A stretch of DNA of 64,000 bases, taken from positions 86,114-150,113 of the forward strand of contig JAZNGE010000009.1 of NCBI GenBank assembly GCA_045576315.1, given 5' to 3'. The position numbers and the translations under genes are program-made. This document shows positions 55,301-64,000 of this stretch, piece after piece (the stretch's first letter is position 1; each line of letters starts with the position of its first letter). Source of the DNA: Eubacteriales bacterium. GTDB lineage: Bacteria; Bacillota; Clostridia; Oscillospirales; CAG-272. The notes beneath the pieces are model-generated. The model had not been told where the DNA came from. It saw only the letters and a list, made by a program, of their open reading frames with translations, and made no database searches.

Positions 55301-55934
55301 CTGCCTCTTTTTCGAGAGGACCAACACGGTTTTCAAGCTCAAGAAGAATATCCTTTACACGATCAAGGTTATCCTGTGTCTGCTTCAGCTTGCGCTCGGA
55401 CTCTTCCTTTCTGTGACGGTACTTAGAAATACCCGCCGCTTCCTCGAAAATGCTACGGCGCTCATCACTCTTTTTCGAGATTATTTCCGCTATCTTACCC
55501 TGACCTATGATAGAGTAACCCTCGCGTCCGACACCGGTATTCATAAACAGCTCGTATATATCGCGAAGACGACAAGGCTGGCGGTTTATAAGATATTCAC
55601 TCTCACCGGTACGGAAATAACGACGGGTTACGATAACCTCGTCATACTCCGAATCAAGACGGTTTTCGGTATCGGTGTTGTCGAAGGTTACGGAAACCTC
55701 GGCAAAGCCCATGGGTCGACGCTCATCGGTACCGCCGAAAATAACGTCCTCCATCTTTGTACCACGTATATTACGGCTGGAAAGCTCACCGAGAACCCAA
55801 CGCATAGCATCGGATATGTTGGATTTACCACTTCCGTTAGGGCCGACAATTACGGTAGCTCCACGCTCGAACGTAAGTACCGTTCTGTTGGGGAACGATT
55901 TAAATCCGTGAAGCTCTAGTGATTTTAAGTACAT
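52323..55934 (-). CDS. smc: chromosome segregation protein SMC
   Basis: 1203 aa with Walker A GPNGSGKSN, long coiled coils, a hinge, and C-terminal LSGGEQ..LDEIEAALD. Confidence 0.97.
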   Translation of the reverse strand: MYLKSLELHGFKSFPNRTVLTFERGATVIVGPNGSGKSNISDAMRWVLGELSSRNIRGTKMEDVIFGGTDERRPMGFAEVSVTFDNTDTENRLDSEYDEVIVTRRYFRTGESEYLINRQPCRLRDIYELFMNTGVGREGYSIIGQGKIAEIISKKSDERRSIFEEAAGISKYRHRKEESERKLKQTQDNLDRVKDILLELENRVGPLEKEAEKARKGLAIYEEKKRADVSLWLFDTEKIRVDIEEAEKAWKLANHELEIIDQIIVDLDAQEQNLYEKTQANRALSHELSEQIIQSNQKLSSLDTALRTADSDFAHSAEMIEQCKLRIVEIERAIESISANKKGYDDKKSEFEKSLQSLMDKRLEFLSEQQRLIDEIAKIKHDLDEALDELTVEEGTASNLQVRIGVLKNSKVNDNTKSEDIENEIKEYEKTGAALKAEADRCETAAADFKVKIAEKDEVIASSNERIEQLIGEREEINESLNSLKLERDTMVQRADVLQRMNDHFEGYAESIKFVMREYNQGNISGGKIYGPLSSLINVEKQYITAIETSLGASLQNIVVDNEEVANSAIRALKRANAGRATFYPISAIRSAGETDEIRESKKMPGFVGRADTLVETDDKYRSIIEWLLLRTVVFDTIENATAAAKKLRYRVKIVTLDGQLISVGGAFTGGSAKKDSGILTRLTEISTLREKAEKLSAKIDDTVAAINEINEELSASQDALHAAEQDKELLLTLSRSQFAALDNANAKYEANCNILEKLKYDYNNLIGQQNEAEEEIKRLEGEYSAALERIAALKDFRLKRGAEMGVLDEKSDEFAGKANETYISIAEARKDIESVQQMIDSFNDRIAEHESDKAVQNARIRDLTSKRDNIDNIKAENKAEYLELEKKIKELMQLRSETDKGGDEFERELRSIRESKDEKNRSRSVVQESTLRAESRFEQLKEKQDKLGHQLWDEYEITYDQAVELEYPPVTAENREEVAAIQTSCKNRLRALGSYNPAAIEEYAEVKVRYDALNAQYTDLTNSYTELVDIIARIESEMRTSFVSAFEAINHNFGITFRDLFGGGNAELQLTDPEDVLTSGIEIKAAPPGKIIKSLALLSGGEQSFVAIALLFAILKVNPTPFCILDEIEAALDEVNVFRFGEYIKRFDDGTQFILITHRRGTMEIGDRLYGVTMPQRGISQAIELDVQEIEGKQKELLDGVL

Positions 55935-56962
55935 TTGTTTGTTCCTTTCCGAATTCGGATCTCAACGTCGTATTCAGAAACATCTTCACTTTCAAAGAAG
56001 AATATTCCGAGCGTTTGAAAATCCGACGTCAGGCGAAATTTGTTTTTCTTTTTTTGTCCTATAAGTTTAGAAAGCGTATGCGGCGCGCCGCATATTTCGA
56101 TATTGCACGCATCGGTAATACGCAATTCTTTAATTTTCTCTTTTATTATGTGATAATAGTACTCGCTCTCAACGAGCTCTCCAAGTGCCGGATGGTTAGG
56201 ACCGGCATAATATGTGTTTTCATCCGAAAGGTTATCAGACGAACACAAACCTATCCTTATGACCTCAACGCCGGCATCCTTGAATATGCGAAATACATTT
56301 GCCGAGCGAGATATGGCATCATCAAGCGATATTGGATCGTAGATACCGCACTCTGCCATATAGCACAGCTCTGTATCCTTGAAGACCACAGTCGGATATA
56401 TTCGAGCACCGACGGCACCCATAGACACGATAAAGCGAGCGGTCTGTTCCTCGCTCTCTATCGTAGAACCGGGCAATCCTATCATCATTTGACCAACAAG
56501 CGAAAATCCATGATCAACAATCATTTTGCAAGCATCAAGCTCACTTTGAAATGTGTGGCCGCGTTTGGTTAGAGCGAGGACTTCCTCCGAGGAAGATTGA
56601 AGACCAAGCTCGATCGTTTTTACCCCGTAGAATTTTAGGGTCTGCAAAATATTCTCATTTATGTAATCCGGTCTTGTCGAGCATCGAATGGACGATACCC
56701 TGCCGGAAATAATATACGATTGCGCAATTTTCAACAGATCGCACATAAGAGTATAATCTATACCCGTAAATGATCCGCCGAAAAAAGCAATTTCAACCTC
56801 TGCATCAGCTTCTATCGTTTCAAGCGCGGTATCTATCACCGTTTTAACCGAATCAATATCAAATTCAGAAACACCGGTTATAGATCGCTGATTGCAGAAA
56901 ACACATTGATTTGGGCACCCAAGATGCGGAATAAACACAGGAATGTTGACATGCCTATTCAT
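55925..56962 (-). CDS. radical SAM protein (ELP3/MiaB-like core, no obvious accessory domain)
   Basis: 345 aa with CPNQCVFCNQ (CxxxCxxC). Overlaps rnc by 4 nt and smc by 10 nt. Confidence 0.85.
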   Translation of the reverse strand: MNRHVNIPVFIPHLGCPNQCVFCNQRSITGVSEFDIDSVKTVIDTALETIEADAEVEIAFFGGSFTGIDYTLMCDLLKIAQSYIISGRVSSIRCSTRPDYINENILQTLKFYGVKTIELGLQSSSEEVLALTKRGHTFQSELDACKMIVDHGFSLVGQMMIGLPGSTIESEEQTARFIVSMGAVGARIYPTVVFKDTELCYMAECGIYDPISLDDAISRSANVFRIFKDAGVEVIRIGLCSSDNLSDENTYYAGPNHPALGELVESEYYYHIIKEKIKELRITDACNIEICGAPHTLSKLIGQKKKNKFRLTSDFQTLGIFFFESEDVSEYDVEIRIRKGTNKCT

Positions 56963-57675
56963 ATCGTTATACCGAATAACGCAAGAGCAATTCTTGCCGC
57001 CTGCTGCTCTGCATCCTTTTTAGTGGTCGCTGTGCCCTCGCCTACCACGTTATTATTTACTTTGACTACGACCGTAAATGTTTTTTCGTGCTCGGGTCCT
57101 TTTTCGGCAACTACCTCATACTCAAGTGTAGCTGAGCCATCTTTCTCAACCAACTGCTGTAACGTTGTCTTATAGTCGCCGTTATTAGTCATTTTGCAAT
57201 TGTTGATTTCATCCGCGAACAGATCCAGGATGACTTCTTTTGAGCCTTTGACGGCAAAGCTATCCGAATCAAGATATATCGCGGCGATAAGTGCCTCAAG
57301 CGCATCAGCTAACACCTTCGGTCTTCTGCGGCAATCGGTAAGCTCCTCGCCGTGTCCGACGTTAAGATATTCACCGAGATTGATCGAGGCTGCTATACGC
57401 GAGAGTGTTTTTTCGCACACAAGATGTTGGCGCATTTTGGTCAACACACCTTCACTCTTGCCTACGAGTGTTTCGTACAAATGCTCGGATATAAGCAACT
57501 GCAACACGGCATCGCCAAAAAACTCCAATCGCTCATTCGACGGATACGAGATGCCGCGTGCGCGCTGCTCATTTGCGTAAGACGAGTGTGTGAGCGCATT
57601 TTCGAGCAGGACAATATTCCTGAACGTGTAGCCAATAGACTTACTTAATTCAAATATGCTTTTTCCTATTGACAC
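56959..57675 (-). CDS. rnc: ribonuclease III
   Basis: 238 aa with signature NERLEFFGDAVL and a C-terminal dsRBD. Confidence 0.96.
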   Translation of the reverse strand: MSIGKSIFELSKSIGYTFRNIVLLENALTHSSYANEQRARGISYPSNERLEFFGDAVLQLLISEHLYETLVGKSEGVLTKMRQHLVCEKTLSRIAASINLGEYLNVGHGEELTDCRRRPKVLADALEALIAAIYLDSDSFAVKGSKEVILDLFADEINNCKMTNNGDYKTTLQQLVEKDGSATLEYEVVAEKGPEHEKTFTVVVKVNNNVVGEGTATTKKDAEQQAARIALALFGITI

Positions 57676-57692
57676 AGCGCCACCTCCCTTTC

Positions 57693-58730
57693 TTACTCTA
57701 TGGATGTATACATTTTTTCAGACTCGGCAATAAGCTTTTTTTCGTCGTAATCAACGGCGTAAACAGCTATATCCTTATTTATGCCTGTTTCAACGAAATA
57801 GATTGCCTGTCTTATCGCATTTTTTATAGCGTTTGCATCAGATGAGCCGTGAGCTTTAATTACAGGCTTTGAAATACCTAATATCGGTGCTCCGCCATGC
57901 TCTGAAGCATCGAAACGATGCTTAATATCGCGCAGCTTTTCCTTCATGGTCAGACTGGACAGCTGAGTAGCAAGGTTTGTGGTGAGAAGATCCTTGAGGA
58001 TTCCCATCATGAACTTGCTCATTCCCTCAATACTTTTGAGAAGTATATTTCCCGTATATCCGTCACAAACCAAAACATCGCACACGCCGAACGGAACGGC
58101 CTTGGATTCAACGTTGCCTACAAAGTTCAGTCCGCTATCCGAAAGCAGCTGATACGACTCGACCTGCAACGCATTTCCCTTGTTATATTCGGTTCCGTTG
58201 TTAAGCTGTCCGACTCTGGGGCGTTCAAGATTATATATCTTCTCCATATACTTCGCTCCCATAAAAGCGAACTGCATAATGTTGTCGGAGGTTACCGTGA
58301 GATTCGCGCCGGAATCCATCAACAATACGGGATTCTCAAGCGGAAGCACGGATGCGATAGCCGGGCGATTTATGCCGAGTATACGCTTAACTATGAGAGT
58401 TGCTCCGGTTATAAGTGCACCGGTGTTGCCGGCACTTACAAAGGCATCTGCCTCGCCATTGGCTACCATACGCAAGCCAACGCTCATAGAAGAATCCTTC
58501 TTATCTCTAACGACACACATCGGCTTATCCTCCATCGTTATAACCGACGTGGCATTCACGATAGTGAGGGACGAAATATCTATTTCATTCTTTACGGCAA
58601 TGTCGGAAATAACGTTCTCATCTCCGACAACCGTTATATCAGCATCAAAGGCCTCTGCCGCACAGACAGCTCCTTTTATGAGTTCAAGAGGGGCGTTATC
58701 GCCACTCATTACATCTACTGCTATTTTCAT
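57693..58730 (-). CDS. plsX: phosphate acyltransferase PlsX
   Basis: 345 aa with MKIAVDVMSGD, SAGNTGA and GAPILG. Confidence 0.96.
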   Translation of the reverse strand: MKIAVDVMSGDNAPLELIKGAVCAAEAFDADITVVGDENVISDIAVKNEIDISSLTIVNATSVITMEDKPMCVVRDKKDSSMSVGLRMVANGEADAFVSAGNTGALITGATLIVKRILGINRPAIASVLPLENPVLLMDSGANLTVTSDNIMQFAFMGAKYMEKIYNLERPRVGQLNNGTEYNKGNALQVESYQLLSDSGLNFVGNVESKAVPFGVCDVLVCDGYTGNILLKSIEGMSKFMMGILKDLLTTNLATQLSSLTMKEKLRDIKHRFDASEHGGAPILGISKPVIKAHGSSDANAIKNAIRQAIYFVETGINKDIAVYAVDYDEKKLIAESEKMYTSIE

Positions 58731-60076
58731 GTCTTATTTAAATGCGAAAAATGCTCCTTGATGAGCAAAGCCGAACGCTCTGCATACGCAGCATTTCTCG
58801 CTTTCTTTCCTCCTTTGATTTTTTTATCAAAAGGTGCTATTATACCGAAATTAGCATTCATCGGCTGAAAGGACGAGCTGACACCGCCTTCACTTACGTA
58901 ATGTGCCAGCGCACCTATCTCTGTTTCCTTTGGGAAGATCTTAGGGGGCTCGCCAAGTGCCGTGAGGGCCGCATTGATACCCGCTACAAATCCGGAAGAG
59001 GTGGATTCTACATATCCTTCAACACCGGTCATCTGTCCCGCAAAAAAGAGATTTGCATTGGAAACGGTGGAATAAGTCGGTGTCAAAAATCCCGGCGAAT
59101 TCAAATATGTATTTCTATGCATTACACCATATCTGAAAAACTCGGCATTTTCAAGACCGGGAATCAAACGAAAAACTCTCTTCTGCTCTCCGAAGGTAAG
59201 ATGAGTCTGGAAGCCAACAATGTTATACATTGTGCCTTCTTTATTCTCTCTTCGAAGCTGTACAGTAGCAAAGGCATCCTCACCGGTATCGGGGCACGGA
59301 AGTCCAACAGGCTTCATCGGTCCAAATCGAAGAGTATCGTAGCCTCTCTTTGCCATAACCTCAACAGGCATACAGCCTTCAAACACGGTGAGATCTGACT
59401 GCTCCTTCTTGTCGAAATCCTTAAGCTCGGCCAGCTCCGCATTTATGAGCGCGTTATAGAATACATCGTATTGCTCTTTTGTCATCGGACAGTTGAGGTA
59501 ATCGGTTGGATCACCCTTGCCGTAACGGGAAGCAAAAAACGCAACATCGGTATTAACGGTTGAAAAATCCACAATAGGGGCTGCCGCATCAAAGAAATGC
59601 AGCTCGGTGCCGCCGGTCATATCTGCTATACGCGCAGACAAAGCCTCAGATGTCAACGGGCCGGTAGCGATAACGGTGATCCCGTCATCGGGAATACGGT
59701 CAACCTCTTCATTGTGAACGGTTATATTGGGATTTGACCTTATCTTCTCTGTTATATATCGGCTGAAATCATTGCGGTTTACCGCCAAAGCGCTTCCGGC
59801 AGGCACGGCAGTTTGATAAGCTGCTTCCATTATAAGCGAGCCCATAGCCGAAAGCTCCTCTTTGAGAAGACCTACTGCGTTACACGGGTCATTAGATCGC
59901 AAGGAATTCGAGCACACAAGCTCTGCAAAATCGGGATTATGGTGTGCAGGAGAGAATTTAACAGGTTTCATTTCGTACAATTCGACCTTTACACCGAGCT
60001 TGGCGGCTTGGTATGCCGCCTCGCATCCCGCAAGACCTGCGCCTATAATTTTAACTACGGGTGTATCGTTCATCAC
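58727..60076 (-). CDS. trmFO: methylenetetrahydrofolate--tRNA-(uracil-5)-methyltransferase TrmFO
   Basis: 449 aa with FAD fold IIGAGLAGCEAA and FFAGQMTGVEGY. Confidence 0.96.
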   Translation of the reverse strand: MMNDTPVVKIIGAGLAGCEAAYQAAKLGVKVELYEMKPVKFSPAHHNPDFAELVCSNSLRSNDPCNAVGLLKEELSAMGSLIMEAAYQTAVPAGSALAVNRNDFSRYITEKIRSNPNITVHNEEVDRIPDDGITVIATGPLTSEALSARIADMTGGTELHFFDAAAPIVDFSTVNTDVAFFASRYGKGDPTDYLNCPMTKEQYDVFYNALINAELAELKDFDKKEQSDLTVFEGCMPVEVMAKRGYDTLRFGPMKPVGLPCPDTGEDAFATVQLRRENKEGTMYNIVGFQTHLTFGEQKRVFRLIPGLENAEFFRYGVMHRNTYLNSPGFLTPTYSTVSNANLFFAGQMTGVEGYVESTSSGFVAGINAALTALGEPPKIFPKETEIGALAHYVSEGGVSSSFQPMNANFGIIAPFDKKIKGGKKARNAAYAERSALLIKEHFSHLNKT

Positions 60077-62334
60077 TCAATCACCGTCATCTCTTCCTCG
60101 CGTTTGTAACCGCAAGTCTTATTTTTGCACATTACTACCTTCTTGCTCTTTCTGTAGAAAAGCAATTCACCGCAATCTGGACAGTTCTCTGTCAAGGGCA
60201 TATCCCAGGTAGAAAAATCACACTTAGGATAATTCTCACAGCTGTAAAACAACGTTCTGCCGCGACCGTGACGAGCAAGAATCTTGGACTGACACTTGGG
60301 GCACGCAGCACCGGTTTCTACGGTTTTCTGTTTTGTAAAGGTGCAGTTGGGGTAATTAGAGCAAGCATAGAAAATACCGTATCTGCCATTTCTGACAACC
60401 ATATCCTTGCCGCATACCTCACACTTAAATCCGGCAAGCTCAACCTGCTTTTCTTCCTCACGCACGACTATATTACCGTCCTTGTCAACCGCCTTGGTGT
60501 TCTTGCAGGTGGGGTAATTGGGACATGCTAAGAATTTGCCGAATCTGCCGTTTTTGTATACCATCGTAGAGCCGCATTTTTCACAAATGACGTCGCTCAT
60601 TTCGTATTCGGGCTGTACCTTGACCTTGGATTCAAGCTTGGATGCTGTTTCAAGCTCCTCGCTGAATTTAGCATAGAAATCGGACAAAACACCGACTATG
60701 GTATTCTCTTTGTTCTCTATTGAGTCCAGGTTGGATTCCATAAGCGCGGTATATTCGTAGTCTATTATTTCAGGAAAATGCTCACGCATGAACTTGGTAG
60801 TTATTTCGCCAAGCTCGGTTGCAACAAGCGATTTTCCGTCGCGCTTAACGTAATTTCTGGAAATGATTATAGAAATTATCGGCGCATAGGTGGACGGGCG
60901 ACCGATTCCGTTTTCTTCAAGGAATTTGATAAGGGATGCTTCGGTGTATCTCGCCGGCGGCTCGGTAAAGTGCTGCTGCTTAACAGCGCTATTGCACTTG
61001 AGAGTCTGATCTTCCTTGATATTGGGAAGACCGAGCATCATAAGCTCCTCGACGTCGAGGTCCTCGAATTCACCGCCAAAGAGAACGAGGTATCCCTTGG
61101 ATTTAAGCTGATATCCACCGGTTTTGAATACATATCCGGAGTTCTCAAGCTCGATAGATACGGTATCAAAAACCGCGCTCACCATCTGGCTTGCAAGGAA
61201 ACGCTCCCATATCAGTCTGTAAAGCTTGTGCTGCTCGGAGGTGAGGAACTTCTTAACAGATTTGGGCGTTATAGCGACATTAACAGGTCTGATCGCCTCA
61301 TGGGCATCCTGAGAATTGGCACCGCTCTTGTAAACGCGAGGTGATTCGGGGATATATTCTTCGCCGTAATTCTTGCGAATGAGAACAAGAGCAGCCTCTT
61401 GCGCTGCATCCGATATACGCGTGGAGTCGGTACGCATATAGGTTATAAGACCCTGCACGCCACCAAGATCAGCACCGAGATTCAAACCGTCGTAAAGCTC
61501 CTGTGCGACCTTCATGGTCTTTTGAGCCTGGAAACCAAGCTTTTTTGACGCTTCCTGCTGAAGCGTTGAGGTCGTGAAGGGGGGCGCGGGCATTTTCTGC
61601 TTTTCCTGGTGCTTGACCGAGGTAACGTTAAAATCGTTATTTTTTATTGCATCAAGAATGGCAGAAGCCATTTCCTCATTTTCAAGCTTGATCTTACCGT
61701 TTTTATCGCCGAAAAATCTAACAGCGGTTTCGGAATCCTCGGTTTGAAGCATTGCCTCAACCGTCCAATATTCCTGCGGAACGAAAGAACGTATTTCTTC
61801 TTCCCTTTCGGTTACTATACGCATAGCAACAGACTGAACACGTCCGCCTGAAAGACCGCTCTTAACGTTCTTCCAAAGTATCTGGCTGAGATTGAAGCCG
61901 ATAAGTCTGTCAAGGATTCTGCGCGCCTGCTGCGAATTAACGAGATCGATGTTAATGCGTCTCGGCTTCTTTATAGCCTCTTTAACAGCGGATTTTGTAA
62001 TTTCATTGAAGGTAACGCGGCACTCTTTTTCGGGCGGAATATCAAGCTGTGAAGCTATATGCCATGAAATAGCCTCTCCCTCACGGTCAGGGTCCGTAGC
62101 GAGAAATATCTTTGATGCGCCCTTTGCTTCCTTTTTCAGCTCTTTAATAACATCGCCTTTGCCGCGTATGTTTATATAGTGAGGCTCAAAACCATTGTCG
62201 ACATCTATTCCAAGGGTACTCTTGGGAAGGTCGCGTACGTGTCCCTTTGAAGCGATGACCTTATAGTTCGAGCCGAGATATCCTTTAATTGTGTTTGCCT
62301 TTGCAGGCGACTCAACGATTACCAGATTTGCCAT
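60073..62334 (-). CDS. topA: DNA topoisomerase I
   Basis: 753 aa with TOPRIM LVIVESPAKA, active-site Tyr context YMRTDST, and four C-terminal CxxC Zn ribbons. Confidence 0.97.
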   Translation of the reverse strand: MANLVIVESPAKANTIKGYLGSNYKVIASKGHVRDLPKSTLGIDVDNGFEPHYINIRGKGDVIKELKKEAKGASKIFLATDPDREGEAISWHIASQLDIPPEKECRVTFNEITKSAVKEAIKKPRRINIDLVNSQQARRILDRLIGFNLSQILWKNVKSGLSGGRVQSVAMRIVTEREEEIRSFVPQEYWTVEAMLQTEDSETAVRFFGDKNGKIKLENEEMASAILDAIKNNDFNVTSVKHQEKQKMPAPPFTTSTLQQEASKKLGFQAQKTMKVAQELYDGLNLGADLGGVQGLITYMRTDSTRISDAAQEAALVLIRKNYGEEYIPESPRVYKSGANSQDAHEAIRPVNVAITPKSVKKFLTSEQHKLYRLIWERFLASQMVSAVFDTVSIELENSGYVFKTGGYQLKSKGYLVLFGGEFEDLDVEELMMLGLPNIKEDQTLKCNSAVKQQHFTEPPARYTEASLIKFLEENGIGRPSTYAPIISIIISRNYVKRDGKSLVATELGEITTKFMREHFPEIIDYEYTALMESNLDSIENKENTIVGVLSDFYAKFSEELETASKLESKVKVQPEYEMSDVICEKCGSTMVYKNGRFGKFLACPNYPTCKNTKAVDKDGNIVVREEEKQVELAGFKCEVCGKDMVVRNGRYGIFYACSNYPNCTFTKQKTVETGAACPKCQSKILARHGRGRTLFYSCENYPKCDFSTWDMPLTENCPDCGELLFYRKSKKVVMCKNKTCGYKREEEMTVIE

Positions 62335-62359
62335 AATTGAGTGTGCAAAGCTCCTTTCT

Positions 62360-63622
62360 TTAGTTGCGGCGAACCTTTTCGCCGGGTAAAACCGTTATGA
62401 ATTTTCCCATTTCGAGTTTGAGAATTCCCTTCATAACATCTCTCATCGAAAGCTCGGGATCGGTGAGCGACTCTATCGTACACTCTTGTCCGAGCGGTAT
62501 CTTTTTATATATTTTTAATGCCTTGGCATCAAAGCCGGAAAAATCCGGAATTGGTGCTTGCTCTACTGCCGCCGTATCGACAGAAGGCGCATTTTGCATA
62601 GCTTGATTATCAGTTGCCGCTCTCCTGGAACGAGATGGCTTGAATATAGGATCGTCCTTCGTTACGCAGGCTATTTTGAGCATGGAAAGGACTTCGTGCA
62701 TATTTACAGGAGCATCTTTCGCAAGCTCAAACGGATTTAATTTGCCCATTGAAGACATTTCAAAATCGCGAACGATATCGTCAGCACAAGTGCAAACGCG
62801 CGCTCCGTTTTTCAACAAAAGGTTACACACCTCGCTGTTAGGGTTGCCGACGTTACCCGGCACTGCATACACCGTGCGGCCCTGCTCCTTGGCGTGACGT
62901 GCGGTTAGCAATGCTCCGCTGCGCTCCTTGCCCTCTATAACAAGTGTCACCTTAGACAAACCGCTAATTATGCGATTGCGTACGGGAAAATTATGTCCGT
63001 CGGGGCGCGCACCGGGAGGATACTCGGTAAATACACAGCCGTTTTTAACTATCTCGCGCGCAAGAAAACGATGTTCCTTTGGATAACAAACATCAATACC
63101 GCTACCTATAACCGCAACGGTTGTTTTATTAGCCGCAATTGCACCTGCGTGGGCAACGGCATCTATGCCGATCGCCATACCGGAAACGATTGTCGCGCCT
63201 GCGCGCGCCAAATCATATGCCATGGTAAACGAATTTTTCTTGCCGTATTCCGTAAGCCACCTTGTTCCTACAACCGAAACGCAAAACAGCTTTGAAAAAT
63301 CAGGCAAAATACCGCGATAATACAAAAGGACCGGCGGTGTGGGGATATCCCTTAAAGAATCGGGATATCTATCGTCGGAATAAGTAAGTATACCTACGTT
63401 TTTTGAAGTGCAAAAATCAAGTACAAGCTCGGCTTGCTCGAGATCCTTATTGGTTAACGCCTCATAGTCGCGAGAACGTGAGGTTATCACGGAAGCGATA
63501 GCGCTATCGTCCGCATCGTAAATCTCTTTTGCCGTATCAAACTTGCCGAGCAATGAAGCAAACGTCTGTGATCCGGGAGTACATGCCAAAGAAAGCCATA
63601 TCCAATATATAAGTTCCTGCAT
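62360..63622 (-). CDS. dprA: DNA-processing protein DprA
   Basis: MQELIYWIWLS start (RBS GGGAGG), Rossmann-like DprA core (GMAIGIDA..HAGA), and an extended C-terminus with a winged-helix-like tail. Confidence 0.93.
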   Translation of the reverse strand: MQELIYWIWLSLACTPGSQTFASLLGKFDTAKEIYDADDSAIASVITSRSRDYEALTNKDLEQAELVLDFCTSKNVGILTYSDDRYPDSLRDIPTPPVLLYYRGILPDFSKLFCVSVVGTRWLTEYGKKNSFTMAYDLARAGATIVSGMAIGIDAVAHAGAIAANKTTVAVIGSGIDVCYPKEHRFLAREIVKNGCVFTEYPPGARPDGHNFPVRNRIISGLSKVTLVIEGKERSGALLTARHAKEQGRTVYAVPGNVGNPNSEVCNLLLKNGARVCTCADDIVRDFEMSSMGKLNPFELAKDAPVNMHEVLSMLKIACVTKDDPIFKPSRSRRAATDNQAMQNAPSVDTAAVEQAPIPDFSGFDAKALKIYKKIPLGQECTIESLTDPELSMRDVMKGILKLEMGKFITVLPGEKVRRN

Positions 63623-63643
63623 ATTAACCTCCCGCCTCACAAA

Positions 63644-64000
63644 TTAATTATTTTTTCCCTGCTCCCACATAAAGATCGCAGCCGCAACCGACGCGTTAAG
63701 CGATTCGGTATTGCTGGATATGGGAATGTAGACACTTTTATCGCACGCGGCAGAAATATCTGCGGGTATACCGTGTCCCTCGTTGCCGATTATAAAAATA
63801 TCGCTATCGCGCACCTGAGCTTCATTAAGAGAAATCGCATTTGCCGAAAGCTCGGCGGCAAAAATCCTGCGTCCATTGGTCTGGGCCGCGCTTATGAATG
63901 ATGCAAAATCGCGGACAACGGTAACCTTCACCTTAAAAAGAGCACCCATAGCGCTTCTTACGGTTTTTGGGTTATAAATGTCAGCCGAATCAGCGCTTAA
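63644..64000 (-). CDS. SpoU/TrmH-family RNA 2'-O-methyltransferase, C-terminal part (gene continues beyond the window)
   Basis: NPKTVRSAMGALF, GNEGHGI and IPISSNTESLNASVAAAI motifs. The frame is open to position 64000. Confidence 0.85.
   Translation of the reverse strand, partial: LSADSADIYNPKTVRSAMGALFKVKVTVVRDFASFISAAQTNGRRIFAAELSANAISLNEAQVRDSDIFIIGNEGHGIPADISAACDKSVYIPISSNTESLNASVAAAIFMWEQGKNN

Overview
Core-chromosome window from a Bacillota, Clostridia-type genome. The signatures are spoIIGA-sigE, Prp-processed L27, TrmFO, and yqeG / yhbY-nadD-yqeK-rsfS / rnc-smc-ftsY / dprA-topA-trmFO synteny. I call about 62 protein genes and 3 tRNAs. Most genes lie on the minus strand in long, often translationally coupled housekeeping operons: replication and repair (dnaG, dnaE, topA, recN, xseAB, dprA, smc), transcription (rpoD, sigE, nusB, argR, whiA), translation (rpmE, rplU-prp-rpmA, efp, leuS, rsfS, ABC-F), and a complete Asp-to-Thr pathway locus. 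I see no CRISPR array, no transposase, integrase or phage genes, and no recognisable defence system, so most of the window is ordinary. Four things are not explained by routine annotation. (1) A 1.1-kb cassette (995-2114) is bounded by ~70-bp imperfect inverted repeats that include the stop codons of both convergent flanking genes. It carries a promoter, a cluster of GC-rich palindromes and an AT-rich orphan membrane-protein gene. (2) GTAG-prefixed GC-rich hairpins (REP-like) occur at three places. (3) A 25-bp perfect duplication of the tRNA-Arg 3' end sits 157 bp downstream of the tRNA, with its own terminator (att-like scar). (4) thrC and thrB form one in-frame reading frame inside a compact divergent threonine locus. 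All calls come from reading the sequence and the ORF translations. No database search or folding program was run, so family names are recognition-based and coordinates of small elements are hand-counted.
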